DNA from: Minisyncoccota bacterium
GTDB taxonomy: Bacteria; Patescibacteriota; Minisyncoccia; Phycocordibacterales; JAQTLZ01
DNA: 64,000 nucleotides
Direction: 5' to 3'
NCBI GenBank assembly: GCA_028714635.1
Contig: JAQTLZ010000001.1
Coordinates: 79,650-143,649 of the forward strand
Positions 29,003 to 37,666 of this stretch are shown here, one piece after another. Both the position numbers and the translations under genes were made by a program. Numbering within the stretch: position 1 is the first letter of the stretch; every line of letters starts with the position of its first letter. Under the pieces are notes generated by a model. That model made no database searches and had not been told where the DNA came from. It saw only the letters and a list, made by a program, of their open reading frames with translations.

Positions 29003-32000
29003 AATTTCTTCACTGCTTCAGAGAGAAGCGAAAATTCTCCATTTCGCATTGAAACCTTGCCTTTAATCGCTATGCAGGCTTCGGGAAGAAGGAATGCTTT
29101 AAATTCTGCAAGGGTACGTGCGAAGACGACCACTTCCATCGTTCCGCTCATATCAGAGAGCTTGATAAATGCCATTTGATCGCCTTTTTTGGTCTGTATC
29201 GGTTTCACTTCTTCTACAATGCCGGAGACAACGGTCATCATGCCTTCTTTCATTGTTTCTTTTATTTTCTGAATGGAAATTTTTCCTGCAAGCTTTTCTT
29301 TGAAATTATCGAGCGGATGGCCAGACACATAGAGGCCGAGAAGCTCTTTTTCCCACGCGAGCTTGTCTTTTTGTTCCGCAGGAGGCATTGATTTCAACGT
29401 GAGATTTTCGTGCTCGCCCGCGATTCCACCGAAAAGGGAATCCTGATTTTTGATCTTATTTTTCTCTTTGTTATAAGTAAGGATATCTTCAAGATTTCCG
29501 AGCATTGTTCCTCTTTCGCCAAGTTCGTCCATCGCTCCGCATTTGATGAGCGCTTCGAGTGATTTTTTATTTAAATTTTTATCCTTTATACGATCGAGGA
29601 AATCGACGAGGGATTTGAATTGTCCGTTCGTTTTTCTTTCTTCGATGATTACTTTCGCGATGCCTTCTCCAAAGTTCTTAATCGTGTTGAGCCCGAACCG
29701 AATCTTATCTTTTCCAATCGTGCCATTTTGGCGAACTTCTGCGTCGGAAGCTCCGCCCGCTCCACGCGCAGTAGTATTAACTACAGCTTGGTCGCGGTGC
29801 TCACTCCCTTCTTGAATTTCATCCAAAATAACACGATTGGTTTCCTCTTCTTTCTTAACAACAGTAAAATCCTGGAAACTTTCGTTGATAGAAGGTGGAA
29901 GCACGGGAATTCCCATGCGCTTGCATTCCGCGATGAACTCGGCGATTTTCTCCACATCTCCGGCGTCGGCTGTGAGCACTGCCGCCATGTAGATAGCAGG
30001 GAAATTCGCTTTCATATATGCGGTCTGGTATGCGACACGTCCATAGCTCGCAGCGTGGGCTTTGTTGAATCCGTATGCAGCGAAAGGCTCGATAAGTTTC
30101 CAAAGCTCTTCCGCTTTTTCTTTACTCATGCCATTTTTGACAAAAGCAGATTGAAGTTTCTCTTTCTGCGCCTCCATTTCAGCTGGAATTTTCTTTCCCA
30201 TGGCTTTTCGAAGCTTGTCCGCTTCAAGCCATGAATAACCTCCGATTTTTACGGCAATGAGAAGCACGTCGTCCTGGTAGGTGATCACTCCGTAACTTTG
30301 GTCGAGGATATCTTTCATTCGCGGATCAAGATAGCGGATGAGAAGGGGATTATGCTTGCGCTCGATATACCGAGGGATTGATTCAAGCGGTCCTGGGCGA
30401 TACAGCGCCACCATTGCGTTTATATCAAGAATTGTCGAGGGGCGAAGGTCTTTCAAAAATTTCGTAAGGCCTGAACCATTCAATTGGAAAAGCCCGATCG
30501 TTTCTCCGCGTGCTAACATTTCAAATGTTTTCTTGTCATTGAGCGGAACATGCTCAATATCGATTTTCTGGCCGAGAATTTTCTCTACGAGATCAACCGA
30601 ACTCGCAAGAATAGAAAGATTTTTGATTCCGAGAAAGTCGAATTTCAGAAGTCCGACGCCATCTTCTCCGACGCTGTACATATCGTATTGAGTGATGATT
30701 TTCCCTTCGCCTTTGGGATCAAACTGAAGCGGGGTGTAATCGGTAAGGGGAGTTGGAGCGATAACCACACCTGCGGCATGGACTCCAACGTGCCGAGCAC
30801 AACCCTCGATTTTTTTTGCCATATCGATGATGGTTTTTGCATCGGCCTCTTTGTCGTATGTTTCTTTGAGTTCCGGAACGTCTTCGAGTGCCCTGTCTAT
30901 CGTCATAGGAAATCCTTGTGCGCCCATCGGAATAAGTTTTGCCAGCCGATCACCTTCGGAATATGCAAAGCCAAGCGCTCGGGCAACGTCGCGGACAGAG
31001 CCTCGAGCCATCATCGTTCCGAATGTTCCGATCTGGGCGACATGTTCCTCTCCGTATTTTTTGCGGGCGTAAGCAATCACTTCGTCTCGGCGGTTATCGG
31101 CGTAATCCATATCGATATCGGGAGCGGAAGGGCGTTCGGGGTTTAAAAATCGTTCGAACGGAATTTTATATTCAAGCGGATTTACATTCGTAATTCCTGC
31201 GAGGTAGGTGACAAGCGAGCCCGCGACCGAACCTCGAATGGTGGTCAAAATTTTATTTTCATGGGCAAAACGCAAAAGGTCTCCCACGACGAGGAAATAT
31301 TTTGAGTATCCTTTGTTTTTGATGACCTCAAGCTCGTATTCGTATCGTTTTTTCACTTCTTCCGTTGCCTCCATTTTTCGCGTCTTGAGGCCTTCAATTA
31401 CAAGATGCCGTAATTCTTCATCCGGTGTCCGTCCGCTCTCAATTTTCATATCTGGAAAATACCAAGTACCAAGCGTCAATTCCAAATTGCATTTTTCGGC
31501 AACTTTAATCGTATTTTCGACAGCTTCAGGAAAATCTTTGAAAAATTCTTCCGCCAGTGATTCTTTGATAAAAGAAAGGTCGGGTTCGTCGTCTCCAAAC
31601 GCATTTCGTTCTCCTACTTCGCCATTATTTTGTATCGAGAGAAGCGTATTTCGTGCTTTTCTGTCATTCAGTGAAAGATAATAGACATCGTTCGTAGCGA
31701 CAACGGGGATTTTTTCTGCTTTTCCAAATTCAACAATTTCTTTCACGAGTGCTTCATGCCCTTCAATTTCCGGATGATGGGTAATTTCAAGATAGAGATC
31801 ACGGTCGAAAATTTCCTGATACCAGTGAGCAATTTCTTTCGCTTTCTCCGTATCGTGGATTTTTAACGCTCCCGAAAGTTCTCCATTAAAAGCGGGCATA
31901 ATGCAGACGAGACCATTATGATTTTGCTTAAGAAGCTCTCTATCAATGCGAGGCCGGTAATAAAAGCCCTCAATGTTTGCGCGAGTGACAAGCTGTATCA

Positions 32001-32304
32001 AATTTTTATATCCCGTTTCGCTTTTTGCCAAAAGGACGAGCCGAGTGCGTCTGTTGTCCACTCCAGCTTGCTTGTCTTGTCGGGTACGAAGCGCGACGTA
32101 TGCATCAACGCCAATGATGGGTTTTATCCCAGCTTTTTTGCAGGCTTGATAGAATTCGATGGCACCGTAGAGATTTCCATTATCGGTAAGAGCAAGAGCG
32201 TTCATCCCGGCATCTTTTGCAGCTGAAACAAGCTCTGGGATTTTGGGCAGGGCCTGCAATAAGCTGTAATGTGAATGTGTATGTAAGTGGATAAATTTAG
32301 ACAT
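28999..32304 (-). CDS. dnaE: DNA polymerase III alpha subunit
   Basis: HLHTHSHYSLL PHP domain, RGSVAGS, PDIDMD, HAAGVVI, KFDFLG, YGFNKAHA, C-terminal OB fold; carries a ~43-aa insert before IRFGL. Confidence 0.97.
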   Translation of the reverse strand: MSKFIHLHTHSHYSLLQALPKIPELVSAAKDAGMNALALTDNGNLYGAIEFYQACKKAGIKPIIGVDAYVALRTRQDKQAGVDNRRTRLVLLAKSETGYKNLIQLVTRANIEGFYYRPRIDRELLKQNHNGLVCIMPAFNGELSGALKIHDTEKAKEIAHWYQEIFDRDLYLEITHHPEIEGHEALVKEIVEFGKAEKIPVVATNDVYYLSLNDRKARNTLLSIQNNGEVGERNAFGDDEPDLSFIKESLAEEFFKDFPEAVENTIKVAEKCNLELTLGTWYFPDMKIESGRTPDEELRHLVIEGLKTRKMEATEEVKKRYEYELEVIKNKGYSKYFLVVGDLLRFAHENKILTTIRGSVAGSLVTYLAGITNVNPLEYKIPFERFLNPERPSAPDIDMDYADNRRDEVIAYARKKYGEEHVAQIGTFGTMMARGSVRDVARALGFAYSEGDRLAKLIPMGAQGFPMTIDRALEDVPELKETYDKEADAKTIIDMAKKIEGCARHVGVHAAGVVIAPTPLTDYTPLQFDPKGEGKIITQYDMYSVGEDGVGLLKFDFLGIKNLSILASSVDLVEKILGQKIDIEHVPLNDKKTFEMLARGETIGLFQLNGSGLTKFLKDLRPSTILDINAMVALYRPGPLESIPRYIERKHNPLLIRYLDPRMKDILDQSYGVITYQDDVLLIAVKIGGYSWLEADKLRKAMGKKIPAEMEAQKEKLQSAFVKNGMSKEKAEELWKLIEPFAAYGFNKAHAASYGRVAYQTAYMKANFPAIYMAAVLTADAGDVEKIAEFIAECKRMGIPVLPPSINESFQDFTVVKKEEETNRVILDEIQEGSEHRDQAVVNTTARGAGGASDAEVRQNGTIGKDKIRFGLNTIKNFGEGIAKVIIEERKTNGQFKSLVDFLDRIKDKNLNKKSLEALIKCGAMDELGERGTMLGNLEDILTYNKEKNKIKNQDSLFGGIAGEHENLTLKSMPPAEQKDKLAWEKELLGLYVSGHPLDNFKEKLAGKISIQKIKETMKEGMMTVVSGIVEEVKPIQTKKGDQMAFIKLSDMSGTMEVVVFARTLAEFKAFLLPEACIAIKGKVSMRNGEFSLLSEAVKKL
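29714..29840 (-). mobile_element. In-frame palindromic element inside dnaE (copy B)
   Basis: Terminal CCAATCGTG/CACGATTGG arms continuing ATTTTGG/CCAAAAT; core homologous to the rpmE leader; mobility is inferred. Confidence 0.75.
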
Positions 32305-32371
32305 TTTGTATGGAGGCTTGCCCCGTAGCCATCTCTGATGTGCTACCGGGGTGGACGAATTTCGAGGGCAT
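32297..32371 (-). pseudogene. Relic dnaE 5' end / 24-aa upstream ORF
   Basis: ATG CCC TCG AAA TTC GTC CAC [35-nt hairpin] CTC CAT ACA reads MPSKFVH/LHT, matching the dnaE start MSKFIHLHT. Confidence 0.7.
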
Positions 32372-32447
32372 TGTGGATGTAGTATAACAAAAAATTGACC
32401 CACCAGAGGCGGGTCAAATACAGTCGAAGAGGTTCTCTTGAACCACG

Positions 32448-32765
32448 TTATTCGTGACGTTCTCGTATTTCGTCACAGAAAAGTTCCAACAGGAATCGCT
32501 CCATGGAGATTTCTGTTGGGCGGGCACTTGTAAGCAACTCTTCCAGTGACATCCCCAAGACCTCCGCGGACTTGATGATGAATCTCCAACTGGCGATTTC
32601 CAAGTTTTCTTCGCCTTTCTCGATTTCCTCGAGGAGATCCGCGTCTATCCTATCCACCTTCACTCGGCGAACGAATTCTTCCCGAGGTATGCCGCACTCT
32701 TCTCTTTTCCTCCCGATTGCTGCTCCAATCGCAAATCTCGGATTGATGCACCTCTTTGCGCTCAT
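32448..32765 (-). CDS. XRE-family helix-turn-helix protein
   Basis: IGAAIGRKREECGIPREEF...LEEIEKG...AEVLGMSLEELL; GGGGAGG SD. Confidence 0.75.
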   Translation of the reverse strand: MSAKRCINPRFAIGAAIGRKREECGIPREEFVRRVKVDRIDADLLEEIEKGEENLEIASWRFIIKSAEVLGMSLEELLTSARPTEISMERFLLELFCDEIRERHE

Positions 32766-32882
32766 GGTATCCTCCCCGTGGTTTGTTGTGCTTTTTCCTC
32801 GCATAAAGATAGCATCCGGTACTCGTTCGTCAATTGTGGGCAAGAAAAAACGACCAGCCAGTAAAGGCGGGTCGTGAACGAA

Positions 32883-33347
32883 CTATATTCGAAATCTGGG
32901 GAACTTATCGGTGGGGAGGGGAAGGCTACAAGAGACTTCTCCTCCGATCATATCCTTTCCGAGTTCCTGCGCAATTTCTTTCAAGGATTGATTGGTCGCA
33001 TCATCTTGATCAAGAAAGAGAAGATATGCCCAGAGGCCTCGGCAGATTTTTTCTTCTGCATGTCTTTCGAAAATGAAGATGATGTCGTCCTCTTCCGATC
33101 TCTCTTTTAGGCAAAACCAGAACCTCTTTCCTTCGAGCTTGCCTATTACTACCCAAGCGCGGGCACGGCGCCCCTTTTCAGTCTTAAATGCTCCGGCCAA
33201 TTCCCCTGTCTTATGATCCAGGTTGATTCTCGCATTCCATTTTCCTCCCAATCGATTGGGAGGGCTAACATCAAAAGTTCCGCTCAAAAACACCTGTCCT
33301 TTTGCGTCCTTTCGCAGATTGACCCACGGCGCCGTTCTCTCTTCCAT
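32883..33347 (-). CDS. Orphan protein
   Basis: 154-aa ORF with GGGAGG SD. Confidence 0.6.
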   Translation of the reverse strand: MEERTAPWVNLRKDAKGQVFLSGTFDVSPPNRLGGKWNARINLDHKTGELAGAFKTEKGRRARAWVVIGKLEGKRFWFCLKERSEEDDIIFIFERHAEEKICRGLWAYLLFLDQDDATNQSLKEIAQELGKDMIGGEVSCSLPLPTDKFPRFRI

Positions 33348-33442
33348 GTGCGATTCCTCCCAATGGTTGTCTCGAATGATGTCAAATCTCTTTATAATTT
33401 ATCACATATTCAAAACGCGAAAAAACGTGGTAAGATTTTTAA

Positions 33443-34069
33443 ATGGTCGTCAAGTATAGTATTGGAATTGATGAGGTGGGACGGGGGCCTTTGGCGGGGC
33501 CGGTAACTTTGTGCGCAGTTATGGTGGAGAAGGGGGCAGCGAAAAATTTCTCGGAAATTTTTCGCGGGGTCCGGGATTCAAAACAGCTTACCGAAAAGGT
33601 GCGTGAAAAGTGGTCAAAAATCGCAAAATCAGAAAAAGAAAAAGGTGCCATCCAATTTTCGATTTCATCAGTTCAAAATTTTACGATAGACAAAATTGGA
33701 CTCGCGCGCGCCGTACGGCGCGCGCTCAAAAACTGCTTGAAAAAACTCGAAGTAATTCCGAGCGAATGCGAAATTTTTTTAGACGGCTCGCTTTACGCTC
33801 CCAAAGAATTTAAAAATCAGAAAACAATTATCGGAGGCGATTCGAAAGTAAAAATCATTTCTCTTGCATCTGTTATCGCTAAAGTTCATCGCGATAGAAA
33901 AATGGCTCGACTTTCAAAAAAATATCCCGGTTACGGCTTTGAAATCCACAAAGGCTATGGCACCAAACTTCACTATAAAAGTCTTAAAAAATGGGGCGTT
34001 TCGGAGATTCATCGCAAGAGTTTTCTCCACTCCTTACCCACAGCATCCCCACAAGTTATCCACAGCTAA
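33443..34069 (+). CDS. rnhB: Ribonuclease HII
   Basis: GIDEVGRGPLAGPV, DSKQL, ASVIAKVHRD, HKGYGT, HRKSF. Confidence 0.97.
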   Translation: MVVKYSIGIDEVGRGPLAGPVTLCAVMVEKGAAKNFSEIFRGVRDSKQLTEKVREKWSKIAKSEKEKGAIQFSISSVQNFTIDKIGLARAVRRALKNCLKKLEVIPSECEIFLDGSLYAPKEFKNQKTIIGGDSKVKIISLASVIAKVHRDRKMARLSKKYPGYGFEIHKGYGTKLHYKSLKKWGVSEIHRKSFLHSLPTASPQVIHS

Positions 34070-34079
34070 CTGTGGAAAA
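34023..34079 (+). promoter_or_regulatory. DnaA-box array, 11-bp period
   Basis: TTCTCCACT 34023, TTACCCACA 34034, ATCCCCACA 34045, perfect TTATCCACA 34056, inverted TGTGGAAAA 34071. Confidence 0.65.
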
Positions 34080-34158
34080 GAGAGTAAAATAGATATCAGC
34101 AACATTGTGCAGTTAAATTGGAGTTTTTCCATTCACACTCTCGAAGGAGGGAACGGCC

Positions 34159-34374
34159 ATGACAAGCTCGATTCTCAATCCACAAGTGGGTGATGTGGAT
34201 CCAAAAGTAGGGAAATCAGATTGGGATTTCGGTGGAACATCGGAACGGCCTGCAGCTGTTGAGCTGCTTCAGATTCTTGGAAGGATGAGTAGCGTTGATC
34301 GCTCCGAATTCTTCTCAAAGAGGGCTGCAAAGCTGTTTCGTCATCGTTTCGATGTCCCGTCCGCTTGCAAATAG
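34159..34374 (+). CDS. Small orphan protein
   Basis: 71 aa, AAGGAGG SD. Confidence 0.5.
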   Translation: MTSSILNPQVGDVDPKVGKSDWDFGGTSERPAAVELLQILGRMSSVDRSEFFSKRAAKLFRHRFDVPSACK

Positions 34375-34552
34375 CTCCATTCAACTCCGTTCGCATTGTG
34401 CTCCCTCCTTTCTCACCGGGGGGACACTTTTTTTGAATTTTTCCGCTCTTGCGGATTTTTTGGTTTTACTCTGGTATAATTAAAAGGGTAAGTTCCTTGT
34501 GAACAGGGAACAGGTCTCGTGGGCGCGAATGCGCAGAAAGGAGGATAGTGTC

Positions 34553-35008
34553 ATGGCTTTTGAGCAACAGCTAGTTGAGGCCACTCTTGCCGGTCTCAAA
34601 GGCGGGATGCTTCATTGGCAAACGCTGGGCTACTCCGAAGTCAGGGGTATAATCAAGAACTTGTCTCTCAGCGCAGGAGTAATTCAGGTGGATTTGTTGG
34701 AGGATCCTTTGACGGTTATACACGTCAAGGATAGGTTGGAGAGGCCGCTTTGCGGGGGTGAGCTCTCGCTTTGCAGAATTGTCACTAGTGAACCAACTTG
34801 CACAGGGGAGGAGAAAAATGGAGTGTTCAAGTTTGAGTGGCAGGATGAAGATCGGCGGTTTGTTGTCACACTCACTCCGCCGGAGAAGCCCAAGGACGAG
34901 AAGAAAGGTGAAAAGAAAGAGGGGGTTGCGACAGCGGCGAGCAAGCCCGCCTCCGAAAGTCCTTCTCAGCCATTTCGTTCTCCGCAGAGACCAAAGTCCC
35001 GCGCGTAA
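34553..35008 (+). CDS. Orphan protein
   Basis: AAAGGAGG SD before ATG 34553; upstream TGGTATAAT promoter. Confidence 0.6.
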   Translation: MAFEQQLVEATLAGLKGGMLHWQTLGYSEVRGIIKNLSLSAGVIQVDLLEDPLTVIHVKDRLERPLCGGELSLCRIVTSEPTCTGEEKNGVFKFEWQDEDRRFVVTLTPPEKPKDEKKGEKKEGVATAASKPASESPSQPFRSPQRPKSRA

Positions 35009-35107
35009 AGTGTCCTAAAAGCCCTCCCTCAACAAGATTGTTCGGGAGGGCTTCACGCATCTCTTAAGTGTTGTGTTTTTCTGTAAATTGAGTATACTGT
35101 TCGGAAT

Positions 35108-35329
35108 ATGGTAGTACGAATGCGACATACACGTGCTCATACAGGAAACAGGCGCTCACATCATGCGCTCGTTTCGATGCGTGTATCGAAGTGCCCAGAT
35201 TGCGGCGCAATGCGTATGAATCACACCATGTGCACCAATTGCGGCAAATATAAAGGCCGGGTGGTTATCGATGTTTTGGCAAAAATTGCCAAGAAAGAAA
35301 AGAAAGCAAAAACTGCCGCTAAAAGATAG
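35108..35329 (+). CDS. rpmF: 50S ribosomal protein L32
   Basis: RRSHHAL..CPDCG..HTMCTNCGKYKGR. Confidence 0.95.
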   Translation: MVVRMRHTRAHTGNRRSHHALVSMRVSKCPDCGAMRMNHTMCTNCGKYKGRVVIDVLAKIAKKEKKAKTAAKR

Positions 35330-35397
35330 TTTTTCGAGGTAGTTTTTGAGTTTTGTTTCGTGTTTTGAGGGAGAAGTTCTTAGCTAATAAGCTATAA

Positions 35398-36300
35398 ATG
35401 GCCAATAGGCACCTTTCCAGAAGTATAGTGATGCAGTCCATGTTTGAAATGGATTTCAGAGGACTTCCTGCCTCTGATGCATCTGCCGTGCTCGAAAGAA
35501 ATGCCGAAGAGTTTGCCCCTGGGATGGGAGATTTTTCATTTATGAAATCTCTCACTCAGCATATTCTCGAAAAGAAAAAAGATATTGACGCGATTATTGA
35601 AAAAGCGGCGCCGGACTGGCCGATAGATAAAATTTCAATCGTAGATAGAAATATTCTCCGCATCGGACTTTACGAACTTCTTTTTTCAGATCGCGGAGAA
35701 GTGCCGGCAAAAGTTGCTATCAATGAATCGATCGAGCTTGCAAAAACATTCGGCGGAGAGACATCGGGCAAATTTGTAAACGGAGTCTTGGGCGCAGTTT
35801 ATAAAGAACTTGGTGAGCCGGGTAAAGACGAAACGTCAAAGAAGAAAAAAGACGAGGTGCCGGATGACAAAGCGCCCATTGAAAAGCTTGGCGGAGCAGT
35901 CGTCTATATGAAAAAGGGGAACCAGATGTATCTCGCTTTTGTCCACGATATTTTCAAACACTGGACGCTTTCGAAAGGTAAACTTGAATCGGGTGAGGAC
36001 GATGAAAAAGCAACTTGTCGAGAGATAAAAGAAGAAATGGGAGTCGATATTGATATCAAACAAAAACTTGGCGAGAATTCCTACATTACCTACAACAAAG
36101 AAAAGAAAAAGATTAGAAAATCAGTTGTTTATTTTCTCGCAGAATGCACTTCTCCGTTTGAAACTTTGAAATTGCAGAAACTTGGCGGGTTGGATGATGC
36201 AAAATGGTTTCCTCTTGAAAAAATCGGCGAGCTCACGCTCTACGATGATCTCGTTCCTATTATCACCAAAGCAGTGAATATCTTATTGAAGGCAAAATAA
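35398..36300 (+). CDS. nusB: NusB fused to a C-terminal NUDIX domain
   Basis: [37 protein letters not shown], then KGKLESGE....CREIKEEMG Nudix box. Confidence 0.92.
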   Translation: MANRHLSRSIVMQSMFEMDFRGLPASDASAVLERNAEEFAPGMGDFSFMKSLTQHILEKKKDIDAIIEKAAPDWPIDKISIVDRNILRIGLYELLFSDRGEVPAKVAINESIELAKTFGGETSGKFVNGVLGAVYKELGEPGKDETSKKKKDEVPDDKAPIEKLGGAVVYMKKGNQMYLAFVHDIFKHWTLSKGKLESGEDDEKATCREIKEEMGVDIDIKQKLGENSYITYNKEKKKIRKSVVYFLAECTSPFETLKLQKLGGLDDAKWFPLEKIGELTLYDDLVPIITKAVNILLKAK

Positions 36301-36304
36301 TTCT

Positions 36305-36991
36305 ATGGATTTAGGCGTTTTTGAAAAAAAAATTGGAGTAACATTTCAAAACAAAGAGCTTCTCAAACAAGCTTTTATTCATCGTTCCTATTTGAATGAA
36401 AATCGCTCTCTTAAAATGGCTCACAACGAACGACTGGAATTTTTGGGTGACGCAGTGCTTGAGCTTATCGTGACCGAATATCTTTATCACAAATATCCCG
36501 ACAATCAAGAAGGCGATCTTACTTCCTATCGAGCATCTCTTGTGAACGCAGTGACGCTTTCTGGCGTTGCAGAGTCCCTAGGTTTCAACGATTATCTTCT
36601 TCTTTCGAAAGGCGAAGCGAGAGATACCGGCCGAGCGCGACAATCAATCTTGGCAGATACCATGGAATCTGTGATCGGAGCAATTTATATTGACCAAGGA
36701 TACGAAGTAGCAAAACAATTTATCTCAGAAAATATTTTCGGTCTCATTGATTCGATTGTCGCGCAAGGTGCCTGGATCGATGCAAAAAGCCGTTTTCAGG
36801 AATTGGCACAAGAAAAAACAGGAGTCACGCCTGCGTATAAAACCATCCGAGAATCAGGACCAGATCACGATAAACATTTTCTCATCGGTGTCTATCTCAA
36901 TGAAGCATGCCTCGCTGAAGGAGAGGGGAAGTCAAAGCAAGAAGCTGAGCAAAAAGCGGCTGAAGGAGCACTCAAGACCAGCGGATGGTAA
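36305..36991 (+). CDS. rnc: Ribonuclease III
   Basis: HNERLEFLGDAVL signature, dsRBD (GPDHDK..GKSKQEAEQKAA). Confidence 0.97.
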   Translation: MDLGVFEKKIGVTFQNKELLKQAFIHRSYLNENRSLKMAHNERLEFLGDAVLELIVTEYLYHKYPDNQEGDLTSYRASLVNAVTLSGVAESLGFNDYLLLSKGEARDTGRARQSILADTMESVIGAIYIDQGYEVAKQFISENIFGLIDSIVAQGAWIDAKSRFQELAQEKTGVTPAYKTIRESGPDHDKHFLIGVYLNEACLAEGEGKSKQEAEQKAAEGALKTSGW

Positions 36992-37108
36992 GGTAGAGTT
37001 GAAGTAACCTTCAACTCGACACTTATCCAGCGACCTTCTTCAGAAGGGAGTCGGATAAAATAAAAATGACCGAGTCGCGCGCGAGCACGAAACGGTCAAT
37101 GTGAATCC

Positions 37109-37534
37109 TCAAAGCGGTTGAAAATATGCCGCGTTGACGTAAGAGGAATTCTCGCCGGAGTCGCGGAAATCCTTCCCGTCTTTGTTTGCGATGAGGAAAC
37201 ATTGCTCTCTTCCTTTTCCAGTCGCAAATAAGACTTTGTACGGAGGCGGTCCAATCTCGGCGAGAATCGCCGACTGCACAGGCTCGACTGTCCTCTCCAT
37301 TATTCTTGAGATGGAAGCGAGCTCCGGGCTCCAATCCACCAACCTGACGACAACTTCTCCGGGCGATTCCTCTTCCGGCGGTACAATTCGAAGAAGAGGT
37401 TGCTCGTGTTTCTGACTTTGAGCTTTTTGAGTTAAGCCGATGCCGACGGCTTTCCTCTGACCTTTTCCGCGAACGCGCTTTTCTTTAGCCACTCCTTTTT
37501 TAGAGGAGCAGCTCCGATCCGTGACTGTACTCAT
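37109..37534 (-). CDS. Orphan protein
   Basis: 141 aa; poly-G SD-like tract; upstream TTGACA promoter. Confidence 0.55.
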   Translation of the reverse strand: MSTVTDRSCSSKKGVAKEKRVRGKGQRKAVGIGLTQKAQSQKHEQPLLRIVPPEEESPGEVVVRLVDWSPELASISRIMERTVEPVQSAILAEIGPPPYKVLFATGKGREQCFLIANKDGKDFRDSGENSSYVNAAYFQPL

Positions 37535-37666
37535 TGTTCCCCCCCCCCTTGTAACCCAAGAACTCCAATTTCCCGTCTATCATTAGATACTTTTTTCTGT
37601 TTTTGTCAATCTACTCTCGGTATAACTTGTTTTGAAACACAGTAAAAAAATGCTACATTTATAGCC

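Noticed and set aside
29714-29840. Intein or group I/II intron in dnaE
   Set aside because: Only ~43 aa, with no Cys/Ser start or His-Asn end, and far too short for a self-splicing intron core.
32316-32350. Translational bypassing of the 35-nt hairpin to make DnaE from the upstream ATG
   Set aside because: Even after skipping the insert, the LHT codons are out of frame with the downstream dnaE ORF.
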